Assembly (NCBI GenBank): GCA_963667845.2 | Contig: CAXXVL010000002.1 | Location: 416,001-480,000 of the forward strand | Reading direction: 5' to 3' | From: Smithellaceae bacterium | Lineage (GTDB): Bacteria; Desulfobacterota; Syntrophia; Syntrophales; Smithellaceae | Length of the DNA: 64,000 bases | Shown: in pieces, positions 26,457 through 36,391 of the stretch | Layout of the letters: each line of letters starts with the position of its first letter | Numbering within the stretch: position 1 is the first letter of the stretch | Program-made: the position numbers and the translations under genes | Notes under the pieces: generated by a model | The model's database searches: none | Told to the model about the DNA's origin: nothing | The model's input: only the letters and a program-made list of their open reading frames with translations

Positions 26457-29141
26457 ATGGGACAGGCACAAGCAGAATCAAAGCAGGCAAAGTCGGCAGG
26501 ACGGATCGATCGCAAGGTAGCGCCGGGCCCGCAGGGCAGACTTTTAAAGGATGAACTGGCGGAAATCATCCATCAAGCGGTTCGGGACAATCGCAGCTAC
26601 CTGATGGAACACGAAAGCAAGGAAATTCTGGAAGGCATCGGCATTGCAACCACCGGTTACCTCGTGGCGCGCTCCGAAGATGAAGCGCTGGCCATCTGTG
26701 ATAAAATCGGCTTCCCCGTGGTGATGAAAATTGTCTCTCCGGATGTCGTTCACAAAACGGATGCCGGCGGCGTCAAGCTCAACTTGCTGAACGCCGACGA
26801 TGTGCGCAAAGCTTACCGCGACATTCTGGAAACATTCAAATACCAGCATATCGAAGGCGTCGCGGTGCAGCGCATGGCCAAAGCGGGCATCGAAGCGATT
26901 ATCGGCGTCACGCGCGATCCCAGCTTCGGTCCGCTCATCATGTTCGGCCTGGGCGGCGTGTTCGTCGAAGTCCTGCGCGACGTATCTTTCCGCATTCTGC
27001 CGATTACTGAAAAAGACGCCGCACAGATGATTGAAGACATCCGCGGCTCGGGTATTCTCAAAGGGTATCGCGGACAGGCCGTCGATCTCGACTCTCTCAA
27101 GGGGCTGCTTTTGAAAATATCACGGCTGGTCATGGAAAATCCTGAAATCAGCGAACTGGACCTCAATCCGCTGTTTCTGTATCCGGACGGTTATATCACC
27201 GTCGATGCCCGGATGTTTGTCAGCGAACCGGCTAAGCACGAGCATACTACGGCAACCGGCGCGGAGAGCCTGCACGATTTCTTTTATCCGCAGAGCATCG
27301 CGGTGATCGGAGCCTCCGATGTCGAGGGCAAACTGGGTTATAATGTTTTTAAGAATCTGACCAGCCACCATTATCCCGGATCGCTCTACCCGATCAATCC
27401 GGGCAAAGAATCCGTGATGGGTGTTCATGCCTATAAATCAGTCATGGATGTACCCCAACCCGTGGACCTGGCCATTGTCATTGTGCCGGCGAAGGCGGTC
27501 GAGAGAGCCATTGCGGATTGCTGTGCGAAGGGTGTCCGGTTTGTTGTGGTCGAGGCCGCGGGATTTGCCGAAACCGGTGAAGAAGGCAAGAAGGCTCAGG
27601 AGAGGATTCTGAAAATTATCCGCAAACACGGTTGCCGTGTGCTGGGGCCCAATTGTTCCGGTGTCATCAATACCCATCACAATATGGTACAGTCCATCGG
27701 ACTGCTGGATGATCTCAAAAAGGGCAACGTCGGAATGGTGGCTCAGGCCGGTGTTTATGCGGCGGGAATCCTGACGGGATTAAGCAATGTTCTTGATTTC
27801 GGAATTGTGGCCACCATCGGCAACAAGATGGACATCAACGAAACGGATATTCTGGAATACTTAAGCGACGATGATCATATCTCAGTGATCGTTATGTATA
27901 TGGAAGACGTCCGTAGCGGCAAGAGGTTTGTCGATGTCGCCTCGCGGGCGGCGGTCCGCAAACCCGTGATCGTTCTGAAATCGGGACGGACGGAGGCCGG
28001 CAAAAAAGCCGTCTCATCGCATACCGCGTCTCTCGCCGGCAATGACGAAGTCAACAGCGCAGCCTTCAGGCAGAGCGGTGTCATCCGGGCCCGGGACAAC
28101 GAGCACCTTTTCGCGCTGACGCGCGCTTTCTCCAAGCAGCCCGTCCCGAAAGGCAGCGGCGTCCTCGTTATTACCTACACCGGCTCGCTGGGTGTTGCGG
28201 CCACCGACATGCTGTATCTCTCCGATATGCGCCTGGCCACGCTGGAACCGTATTTTAAGCAGCGCCTGAAAAGTGCCCTGCCCGATTACGCCAGTGTCGG
28301 GAATCCCATCGACTGCTCCTTTTCCATGACGCCCGAGCAGGTGAAGAACCTGATCGAAATCGGTGTGGAATCGGGCGACGTGTCGAGCTTCATCGTCGTG
28401 ATTCAGGGCGAGATTCTGGGTTCGTTCGTCGACGTCATGAAAAACATCGACTATAAGGAAAAGCCGGTGATGTGCGTCGTCGCCTGCAAGGAATTCATGA
28501 TTAACGACGTCGTAAAGATGGAGCAGGCCGGATTCCCCGTCTACTCCACGGCGGAAATGGCGGCGGAAGTTCTGGGGCAGATGTATCACTATGGCGTGAG
28601 ACGGCAAAGCGCCCTCACAGATTCTATCGCACGTCATCTGACCAAAGACGCGTTTTCTGTGGACAGCAATCCCGTGCGCCTGAGGCTGATCAACCCGAAG
28701 GACATCGGCCTGTGGACGGATTTTGTGAACGGCTGCTCGGAACGATCTCTGTGGCTGCGATTCTTATCCCCCTTCAGCGCTACGCCGGAACGGGCGCAGC
28801 GCTTCTGCAACCTCAACCCGGAAGAAGAAGTCGCCGTGGTCGCAGAGATGAAAGTCGGCGATCAGTATAAGTTCCTGGGCATCGCGCGTCTGATCAAAAA
28901 CAAACGCTGCGAAGGCGAGGCGGAATACGCCATCATCATTTCCGATCCCTGGCAGAATAAGTCGCTTGGCATCACCCTGACCGAGCAGTGCATTGAGCTG
29001 GCCAAAAAGGAAGGCCTAAAGACCCTCCGGGCGGAAACCATTCAAGAGAATTACCCCATGATCAGAATCTTCCGCCACTCCGACTTTGCCATTGACGGTA
29101 AAGACGAGAACATGGTCTCGATGTCGCTGAACCTTTCGTGA
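26457..29141 (+). CDS. ADP-forming acyl-CoA ligase-like protein with C-terminal GNAT (Pat-like protein lysine acetyltransferase), ATP-grasp domain first
   Basis: ATP-grasp (HKTDAGGV, FGPLIMFGLGG, DLNPL), CoA-binding (IAVIGAS, LGPNC, SSHTASLAG), then GNAT (SERSLWLRF, EAEYAIIISDPWQNKSLG, ENYPM). Confidence 0.9.
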   Translation: MGQAQAESKQAKSAGRIDRKVAPGPQGRLLKDELAEIIHQAVRDNRSYLMEHESKEILEGIGIATTGYLVARSEDEALAICDKIGFPVVMKIVSPDVVHKTDAGGVKLNLLNADDVRKAYRDILETFKYQHIEGVAVQRMAKAGIEAIIGVTRDPSFGPLIMFGLGGVFVEVLRDVSFRILPITEKDAAQMIEDIRGSGILKGYRGQAVDLDSLKGLLLKISRLVMENPEISELDLNPLFLYPDGYITVDARMFVSEPAKHEHTTATGAESLHDFFYPQSIAVIGASDVEGKLGYNVFKNLTSHHYPGSLYPINPGKESVMGVHAYKSVMDVPQPVDLAIVIVPAKAVERAIADCCAKGVRFVVVEAAGFAETGEEGKKAQERILKIIRKHGCRVLGPNCSGVINTHHNMVQSIGLLDDLKKGNVGMVAQAGVYAAGILTGLSNVLDFGIVATIGNKMDINETDILEYLSDDDHISVIVMYMEDVRSGKRFVDVASRAAVRKPVIVLKSGRTEAGKKAVSSHTASLAGNDEVNSAAFRQSGVIRARDNEHLFALTRAFSKQPVPKGSGVLVITYTGSLGVAATDMLYLSDMRLATLEPYFKQRLKSALPDYASVGNPIDCSFSMTPEQVKNLIEIGVESGDVSSFIVVIQGEILGSFVDVMKNIDYKEKPVMCVVACKEFMINDVVKMEQAGFPVYSTAEMAAEVLGQMYHYGVRRQSALTDSIARHLTKDAFSVDSNPVRLRLINPKDIGLWTDFVNGCSERSLWLRFLSPFSATPERAQRFCNLNPEEEVAVVAEMKVGDQYKFLGIARLIKNKRCEGEAEYAIIISDPWQNKSLGITLTEQCIELAKKEGLKTLRAETIQENYPMIRIFRHSDFAIDGKDENMVSMSLNLS

Positions 29142-29165
29142 AGCGTATCTCGTCATTCGTGAATC

Positions 29166-29219
29166 ATAGGGAACGGTCTTGCCGCCCGCAGGATGGCCGC
29201 GACCGTTCCCTATTTTTTT
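29166..29219 (+). terminator. Intrinsic terminator / REP-like hairpin
   Basis: ATAGGGAACGGTC...GACCGTTCCCTAT followed by a T run. Confidence 0.75.
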
Positions 29220-29462
29220 CCTGAACTTTATAGTGAACGGCTGTGCGAGATCACACATGCCGGATGGCTGTTCACCGCACGCTATGTCCCACAGAGCGAC
29301 GCTCGTTGGTAAGGAACGTATGACCTCTTTGTCATTTCTTCCTGAGATAAACGCAGGAAGTCAATCCCTTATCCGTAACCCCGTGCGCATTTCTGTCTAA
29401 AAAATATAGATCATGCTATGATCGTTCGGCCGTATCGGATCCGGCCCGGAAAGCAGAGTGGC

Positions 29463-29627
29463 ATGTCGAGAAAAAGCGTTATCGTGATTGCGATGGTTAT
29501 CGGCTCAGTTGCAGGAGGGTACGCACCCTCATTGCTCGGTTCCGACTCCCTCGTCCTTTCACTGGCTGGAAGTACCTTGGGTGGACTTCTTGGCATCTGG
29601 ATAGCCTTCAAACTGTATGATGGATAG
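29463..29627 (+). CDS. Small Gly-rich membrane protein (54 aa)
   Basis: MSRKSVIVIAMVIGSVAGGYAPSLLG...STLGGLLGIWIAFKL, two hydrophobic helices with GxxxG patterns. Confidence 0.7.
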   Translation: MSRKSVIVIAMVIGSVAGGYAPSLLGSDSLVLSLAGSTLGGLLGIWIAFKLYDG

Positions 29628-29702
29628 ATCCATAATGATGGTCATCCAGTGCTGCGAAAGTCAACCGCTGTATCATCGCCGCCCCGGAAATGGGATCAGG
29701 TA

Positions 29703-30311
29703 ATGCGCGCATCAAATCACCGAGATCGGAATAGTCACTGCCTGCGCTGTTACCAGCGTCGGGAAATCTGCATCTGCCCGATTCTGCCCACGGTACAAAC
29801 TCGGGCAGCATTTATAATCCTGCGGCACATTACCGAGGCATGGCGCCCCAGCAACACCGGCCGGTTGGTTACGCTCACGATGCCGAACTCACGAATTATT
29901 TCCTGCGGGGGTGGAGACCGCATCGGGCCTTCATCACTTGACGACGAATTACTGCAGGCTCCGGGAACATGGCTGCTATGGCCTGATGGACCCGGCTCAG
30001 ATCCGGAGCGTTCGGAGCTGATCCAGCCTAGTCGAATCGTGGTTCTGGATGCGACCTGGCATCAGGCGCGCCGGTTGTATACCCGCACGCCGGCGCTCTC
30101 GACCTTGCCCCGGCTGGCTCTGCCTGCGCCCAAGCGCTCTCGGGACCGTCTGCGCGAGCAACACCGCCCGGATGGAATGTCCACGCTTGAGGCGGTGGCG
30201 GCAGCGGTTGCGAAGATCGAGGGGGCAAAAGTGGCCGAGCCGCTGGAAAAGCTCTATGATGAAATGGTCCGACGCACCAATTCCTTGCGCTGGGGCGACG
30301 GGCTGTCTTGA
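29703..30311 (+). CDS. DTW-domain tRNA-uridine aminocarboxypropyltransferase (TapT/YfiP-like)
   Basis: CxxC...CIC, H..E...PSNTGRL, VLDATWHQARRL (DxTW), MSTLEA. Confidence 0.88.
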   Translation: MRASNHRDRNSHCLRCYQRREICICPILPTVQTRAAFIILRHITEAWRPSNTGRLVTLTMPNSRIISCGGGDRIGPSSLDDELLQAPGTWLLWPDGPGSDPERSELIQPSRIVVLDATWHQARRLYTRTPALSTLPRLALPAPKRSRDRLREQHRPDGMSTLEAVAAAVAKIEGAKVAEPLEKLYDEMVRRTNSLRWGDGLS

Positions 30312-30483
30312 TCGTTTCAGGGTAAACTGGAACAAGGAGCCAAGCATAATAACTATTCTTATTAAGGATAAACATGGAAACTCTTTAAACATTTTTCCCC
30401 GCAGTCCGCACTTGATGTATTTATCAAAATATGCAACGTTTTAAGTAATAATGCGTATTGCCACTCTCTCGGGAGATTAGTCC

Positions 30484-33400
30484 ATGTCTGAGCCCATTCG
30501 CATCCTTATTCTGGAAGATAACCCTGCTGATGCCGAGCTGGTTCAGTTCGAACTTCAGGAAGCAAATTTAGTTTTCACAGCAAAAGTCGTGATGACTAAA
30601 AAAGATTTCATTCGCGAGCTTGACGAATTTTGTCCCGATCTGATCTTATCCGATTATGACCTCCCCAGATACAACGGTGCACTGGCACTGGCCGAGACAA
30701 AAAAAAGATGCCCCGATTCACCTTTTATTTTAGTTACCGGGGCTGTGAGTGAAGACCGGGCCATCGAAATTTTGACCCAGGGGGCCAAGGATTACGTTCT
30801 GAAAACCCGGCTTGAACAGCGACTGGCGCCCGCTGTTAAGAGAGCTCTCGCGGAGGCAGAGGAACATCGGGCACGAAAACAGGCGGAAAAGGACCTTAAG
30901 ACCGCCCACGCCGAGCTTCAGGTGAAGGTTAGCGAAAGGACGGCTGCACTGGAAAATGAAATAGCGCAGCGCCGGAAGATAGAAAAAGTACTGCGGGAGA
31001 GCGAAGAGCGATTCCGCTCCGTTATGGACAACATGTCAGAGGGCCTGTTGATTTTCGATGCCGAAGGCAATTTCACCTACCAGAATCCTGCATCACTGCG
31101 GATCCACGGTTTTGGGATGCCGGAAGCCGGGCATGTCGAAAAAGAGAATCTGCCGGCGACCTGGAAAGGTTTAGACGAAAATGGCCATCCGATTCCGTTC
31201 GAGGACTGGCCTGTCTTCCGGGTGCTGCGGGGCGAACATTTCCAGAATCAGATCCTGCACGTCATAAGAATCGAGACCGGCAAGGAATTCTTCGGCAGCT
31301 ACAACGGTTGTCCGATCTTTGACGCCGACGGCAGGCTGACCTTCGGGTTCATCACTATTCGAGAGATTACCGAGCAGCGCAATATCGAAAAGGCCTTACG
31401 CGAGAGCGAAATCCATTTGGCTCGGGCGCAGGAAATCGCTCATCTGGGAAGTTGGGCCTGGGATATTGCGACGGATCATCTTCACTGGTCAGACGAAACC
31501 TACCGGTTGTTCGGGCTCCAACCCGGGGAATTTGTCCCTCGGAATGAGGATTTCCTCAGTTTCGTCCATCCCGGGGACCGGTCGCGAGTGGAACAGTCCA
31601 TACAAGATGCGCTCACCCATGGACCCTATAACCTCGACTTCCGCATTATCAAAAAAGGAGGAGAGGAACGCTACGTTCACAGCCAGGCGCAGACCATCTT
31701 CAGCAAAGACGGCCTCCCGATAAAGATGGAGGGCACAGTCCAGGACATCACCGAGCGCAAGCGAGCCGAGCAGACGCTGCAGAAGAGAGAGCGTCTCCTG
31801 CAGGATGTTATTGACGGGAGCACTTCCCCTGTTTTCCTGAAAGACATTGACGGGAAGTTCATCACCATCAACAAGTCGTTGGAGAGAATGCTGGGGATGT
31901 CACGGGAGGAAATAACAGGCAAGACCGACTACGATATCGCACCCAGGGAAGTTGCCGACTACTGGCGGACTCATGATAAAGCAGCGATGGCAAATGCTCA
32001 GGCCATCCAGATCGAGGAAGCAGCCGATCTCCCGGACGGCCATCATATTTTTCTGGCGAACAAGTTCCCCCTGGTTGATGCCGATGGACAAGTATATGGC
32101 GTTGGTGCCATCTCTCATGATATTACCGACCGCAAACAGACAGAAAGGAAATTAATAGACAGCGAAGAAAAATTCCGCATGCTGGCTGAATTCAGCCCTT
32201 ATGCCATCATGATGCACCAGGGCGGATGCTGGATTTACGCCAATCCTGCAGCCGAGGAATTGACGGGCTATACGAAAGAGAAACTCTATAAAACCCCTTT
32301 CTGGAAATTTGTGCACCCGGATTACAGGGACATGGTGAAACAACGGGGCCTTGATCGTCAGAAAGGGAAGGACCTGCCTCACACGTATGAGTTCAAAGTC
32401 ATTACAAATACCGGCAAGGAAAGGTGGGTGAGCCTGACAGCGAACCCCATTCAGTATGAAGGTAAACCTACAGTCCTGATTTCCGTAATAGATATTACCG
32501 AACGTAAGAATACCGAGTATGAATTACAGAGCATCCTTCAGCGCTCCAGCACCCTGGTTTCCAATATCAGCAGCGCCGTTTTACTGGTAAGCGAAAACCG
32601 GATTGTAATGACTAATCCGGCATTCTGCGATTACTTTGAATTGCCGGATTCACCGGCAGAGCTTATCGGGCTCACCGCGGATGAAATGATCGAAAAAATA
32701 AAAAATATGTATCTGCATCCTGAAGAGGAGATCATCCGTATCCGGGAAATCGTGGATCGGGAAGAGTCGGTGCTGGGCGAAGAGATAGCCATGCACGATG
32801 GACGGACATGCCTGAGAGACCATATCCCTATACACAAAGATGGGCAATTTTACGGCCGTTTATGGAACCACACTGACATCACCGAGCGTAAGCGGACGGA
32901 AGAAACCCTCAAACGGCAGTCCGACAGACTGGAAGATGCCAACAAAGAACTCGAAAGTTTCAGCTACTCCGTCTCCCATGACCTCCGTGCCCCCCTGAGA
33001 GCCATTGACGGTTTTTCCCGGAAGCTCGAGCGTGAATACGGAGATAAAGCCGATGAAAAATTCGCGGCGACGATCAAGGTCATTCGCGACAATGCCAAAA
33101 ACATGGGGAATTTAATCGACGATCTTCTTTCTTTTTCCAAGGTGCAAAAAACCAGCATAAACTCAGCTATAATTGATATGGACCAGTTAATTAACGATGT
33201 ATGGCATGATGTTCTTGAAGCGAACAGAAGAAGGGATCTTCGCTTCAACAAAATGAAGATTTTGCCCGGACACGGAGACCGGTCGCTCATCAGGCAAGTT
33301 CTTTTCAATCTGCTATCCAATGCTGTTAAATTCACGAAAGATCGGAACCCGGGCGTTATTGAAATAAGCAGCCACATGGACACCGATAAGATCGTCTATT

Positions 33401-33615
33401 GCATTAAAGATAATGGGATCGGATTCGACATGGAATATTATGATAAGCTATTTGGTGTCTTCCAGCGCCTGCACAGTCATGACGATTACGAGGGAACGGG
33501 TATCGGGCTGGCAATCGTTCAACGCATTGTTAAGCGTCACGGTGGCAGCATCTGGGCTGAAGGAAAAGTGGATGAGGGAGCAACTTTTCATTTTTCACTG
33601 CCGTTGACGCCTTGA
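30484..33615 (+). CDS. REC + multi-PAS sensor histidine kinase
   Basis: N-terminal receiver (ILEDNPAD, LSDYDLP), about five PAS/PAC blocks ending in DITERK-like motifs, FSYSVSHDLRAPL, NLLSNAVKF, GTGIGL. Confidence 0.93.
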   Translation: MSEPIRILILEDNPADAELVQFELQEANLVFTAKVVMTKKDFIRELDEFCPDLILSDYDLPRYNGALALAETKKRCPDSPFILVTGAVSEDRAIEILTQGAKDYVLKTRLEQRLAPAVKRALAEAEEHRARKQAEKDLKTAHAELQVKVSERTAALENEIAQRRKIEKVLRESEERFRSVMDNMSEGLLIFDAEGNFTYQNPASLRIHGFGMPEAGHVEKENLPATWKGLDENGHPIPFEDWPVFRVLRGEHFQNQILHVIRIETGKEFFGSYNGCPIFDADGRLTFGFITIREITEQRNIEKALRESEIHLARAQEIAHLGSWAWDIATDHLHWSDETYRLFGLQPGEFVPRNEDFLSFVHPGDRSRVEQSIQDALTHGPYNLDFRIIKKGGEERYVHSQAQTIFSKDGLPIKMEGTVQDITERKRAEQTLQKRERLLQDVIDGSTSPVFLKDIDGKFITINKSLERMLGMSREEITGKTDYDIAPREVADYWRTHDKAAMANAQAIQIEEAADLPDGHHIFLANKFPLVDADGQVYGVGAISHDITDRKQTERKLIDSEEKFRMLAEFSPYAIMMHQGGCWIYANPAAEELTGYTKEKLYKTPFWKFVHPDYRDMVKQRGLDRQKGKDLPHTYEFKVITNTGKERWVSLTANPIQYEGKPTVLISVIDITERKNTEYELQSILQRSSTLVSNISSAVLLVSENRIVMTNPAFCDYFELPDSPAELIGLTADEMIEKIKNMYLHPEEEIIRIREIVDREESVLGEEIAMHDGRTCLRDHIPIHKDGQFYGRLWNHTDITERKRTEETLKRQSDRLEDANKELESFSYSVSHDLRAPLRAIDGFSRKLEREYGDKADEKFAATIKVIRDNAKNMGNLIDDLLSFSKVQKTSINSAIIDMDQLINDVWHDVLEANRRRDLRFNKMKILPGHGDRSLIRQVLFNLLSNAVKFTKDRNPGVIEISSHMDTDKIVYCIKDNGIGFDMEYYDKLFGVFQRLHSHDDYEGTGIGLAIVQRIVKRHGGSIWAEGKVDEGATFHFSLPLTP

Positions 33616-33791
33616 ATTAGGGTTGTGTTGGATCGCATGGGGCTTCGTTAACGTCAAACATTTCTGATGGTAATGGCCAGTTTATATTTTGCTAAACCTG
33701 TTTATTCAATCGTGTCATATTCTTTGGTCTCATATCCTTCCGGATAAAGCTCTTTCCCCGCAGGGGGCAGTCTAAATCCCTCGCAAAAAGG

Positions 33792-33828
33792 AAATGCCGC
33801 TTAACGGTTTCCCGTTAAGCGGCATTTT
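33792..33828. terminator. Bidirectional terminator downstream of acs
   Basis: AAATGCCGCTTAACGG-TTTC-CCGTTAAGCGGCATTT, 16-bp perfect stem. Confidence 0.85.
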
Positions 33829-33899
33829 GAGGAGGGACTTCATGTAGAAAACTGCCTGCCACCCGTCAGGGTGGTTGCTGCGATTCTACATTGGGGGTG

Positions 33900-35879
33900 C
33901 TAACCTAATTTCTTTCTGTTCGCGACCAGATCATCAACGACTGCCGGGTCAGCCAGGGTTGACGTGTCACCGAAATCACCGAATGTTTTTGCGGCGACGT
34001 TTCTCAGAACGCGGCGCATAATCTTGCCGGATCTGGTTTTCGGCAGACCATCCGCCCATTGAATCTGGTCGGGTGATGCGATCGGACCGACGACCTTGCG
34101 GACATGGGCGATCAGAGCCTTTTTGAGTTCATCCGTCTTGGCCACATTATTGTTCAGGGTAACATAAGCGAAGATGCCCTGGCCTTTGATGTCATGGGGG
34201 AATCCGACAACCGCCGCTTCGGCGACATCCGCATGAGAGGTCAATGCGGCTTCGACTTCCGCGGTGCCCAGTCTGTGACCGGAAACATTGATAACGTCAT
34301 CAACACGGCCGGTGATTTTGTAATCGCCGTCGGCATCGCGTTCCGCGCCGTCACCGGAGAAGTACGTACCCGGGAACTGCACGAAGTAATTCTCGACAAA
34401 CCGGCCGTCTTTATCATCCCACAAACCGCGGGCGATGCCGGGCCATGAATTCTTAATGCACAGTGCGCCTTTGCCGGGGCCTTTGATTTCTTTTCCTTCT
34501 TCATCAAATAGAACCGGAACAACGCCGAAGAACGGAACCATGGCTTTGGCAGGCTTGATGTCAATCGCGCCGGGCAGAGGCAGGATCATATGTCCGCCTG
34601 TTTCCGTCTGCCACCAGGTATCGGAAATCGTGCAGCGGCCGGCACCGATCTTATTGTAGTACCACCACCAGGCTTCGGGATTGAGCGGTTCACCGACCGA
34701 ACCCAGAACGCGCAGCGAGGAAATATCATGTGCGTCGACCCATTTGTCGCCTTCTTTGGCAATCGAGCGGATCGCTGTCGGAGCGGTATAGAAATTGTTG
34801 ACATTGTATTTCTCGACGACAGCCCAAAACCTACCGAAGTCCGGATAGTTGGGAACGCCTTCGAACAGGATGCTCGAGTGGCCGTTGCAAAGCGGGCCGT
34901 AAACGATATAGCTGTGACCGGTGACCCAGCCGATATCGGCGGTGCACCAGTAGGTATCTTCTTCGCGGACGTCAAAAGCGAGCTGCTGGGTCATCGAGGC
35001 ATAAAGCAGATAGCCGGCCTGGGTATGCACAACGCCCTTGGGTTGCCCGGTCGAACCGGATGTATAAAGGATGAACAGCGGATCTTCTGCGTCCATTTCT
35101 TCCGGTTTGCAGTATTTGTCCGCTTTGGCCATCAATTCTTCGTACCAGATGTCGCGGCCTTCGGTCATAGCAACTTGCGTTCCGGTGCGTTTTACAACCA
35201 CCACGGTTTTCACGCCGGGGCACTGAGCCACGGCTTTGTCCGCGGTGTCTTTCTGAGGAACGGCCTTGGCGCCGCGATAGGTGCCGTCGCAGGTAATGAC
35301 GACTTTCGAGCCGGAATTATTAATGCGGTCTCTTAACGCTTCCGCCGAGAATCCGCCGAAAACGATGGCATGAACAGCGCCGATGCGGGCGCAGGCCAGC
35401 ATGACGATGGACAGTTCCGCGATCATGGGCAGGAAGATGGTAACGCGATCGCCCTTTTTAACGCCCAGGCCTTTCAGAACATTGGCGAACTTGTTCACTT
35501 CGCGATACATGTCGTAATAGGTATAAACTTTCCAGTCATTGGGGTCGTTGCCTTCGAAAATGATCGCGGCCTTGTTTTTCTTGGTTTCCAGATGACGGTC
35601 CAGGCAGTTGTAAGAGACATTGATCTTGCCGCCTTCAAACCATTTGGAATGAACGTCTTTCGCGTCAAATGACCAGTCCGAGACTTTCTTTTTATCAAAG
35701 GGTTTGAACCAGGTCAGTCTTTCGGTTGCCATTTTTGCCCAGAACGCATTAGGGTCGGTAATCGACTCTTTGTACAGTTTGTCGTACTCTGCCCTGCTCT
35801 TGATGTAAGATTTCTCTCTTACTCTCTCAGGTACAGGAAATACCTTGTCATAAAAATCTTTTTCATTAGCTTCAGCCAT
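33900..35879 (-). CDS. acs: Acetyl-CoA synthetase (AMP-forming)
   Basis: YTSGSTGQPKG, WCTADIGWVTGHSY, GSVGEP, DTWWQTETG, GRVDDVINVSGHRLGTAEVE, LPKTRSGKIMRR. Confidence 0.97.
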   Translation of the reverse strand: MAEANEKDFYDKVFPVPERVREKSYIKSRAEYDKLYKESITDPNAFWAKMATERLTWFKPFDKKKVSDWSFDAKDVHSKWFEGGKINVSYNCLDRHLETKKNKAAIIFEGNDPNDWKVYTYYDMYREVNKFANVLKGLGVKKGDRVTIFLPMIAELSIVMLACARIGAVHAIVFGGFSAEALRDRINNSGSKVVITCDGTYRGAKAVPQKDTADKAVAQCPGVKTVVVVKRTGTQVAMTEGRDIWYEELMAKADKYCKPEEMDAEDPLFILYTSGSTGQPKGVVHTQAGYLLYASMTQQLAFDVREEDTYWCTADIGWVTGHSYIVYGPLCNGHSSILFEGVPNYPDFGRFWAVVEKYNVNNFYTAPTAIRSIAKEGDKWVDAHDISSLRVLGSVGEPLNPEAWWWYYNKIGAGRCTISDTWWQTETGGHMILPLPGAIDIKPAKAMVPFFGVVPVLFDEEGKEIKGPGKGALCIKNSWPGIARGLWDDKDGRFVENYFVQFPGTYFSGDGAERDADGDYKITGRVDDVINVSGHRLGTAEVEAALTSHADVAEAAVVGFPHDIKGQGIFAYVTLNNNVAKTDELKKALIAHVRKVVGPIASPDQIQWADGLPKTRSGKIMRRVLRNVAAKTFGDFGDTSTLADPAVVDDLVANRKKLG

Positions 35880-36007
35880 ATTATTCTCCTTTTATTTTTT
35901 ATGCCTTTAATTTCCGCCGAAAAGGCAATCTTTTTGATCTTACGTATGGACTCCGGTTATGCGCCCCTTTATTTTTTGCCATGAAGAGCGCTGTTATTTT
36001 TTGCCTT

Positions 36008-36139
36008 CTTTTCAGGAGGGGTACGCCCCGCGGTTCGGGCTTCGTTCCTGTTGGTCAGACGCGCGTTTCTGATTCACCAGCCACAAAACGTTGGGGCGTA
36101 TTACATATGGCGGATGCAATACATGTACCCCTTGAAAAG
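36008..36139 (-). ncRNA. Putative structured cis-regulatory element in the acs leader
   Basis: Outer stem CTTTTCA(GG)AGGGGTAC / GTACCCCTTGAAAAG enclosing further hairpins. I recognise no known family. Confidence 0.35.
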
Positions 36140-36391
36140 CAGTTACGGAATACACCTTTTCCGGGGTGCCGGGTATCGGCTTCAGTCCGAATTCAAAGTA
36201 AGGATAAGTCCTACAGGCTGTCCGTTTTTGTCTGACAAAAAAATTGGCTTGGATAAGTGATAGAGAAAGACTTCTTTTGAAAACCGGAAAATTGGAGACA
36301 AGATGCACCACCGTCAAGTTAACCCCGGCGCGTTCGTCCGCGGAAAGACGAAGTTGACGCCCCGGATCGGGTATCGACGACGACGGTTCTT

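Noticed and set aside
30412..30427. TTGAT-N6-ATCAA as an FNR box
   Set aside because: The FNR consensus needs N4 spacing, and the region is AT-rich so chance is plausible.
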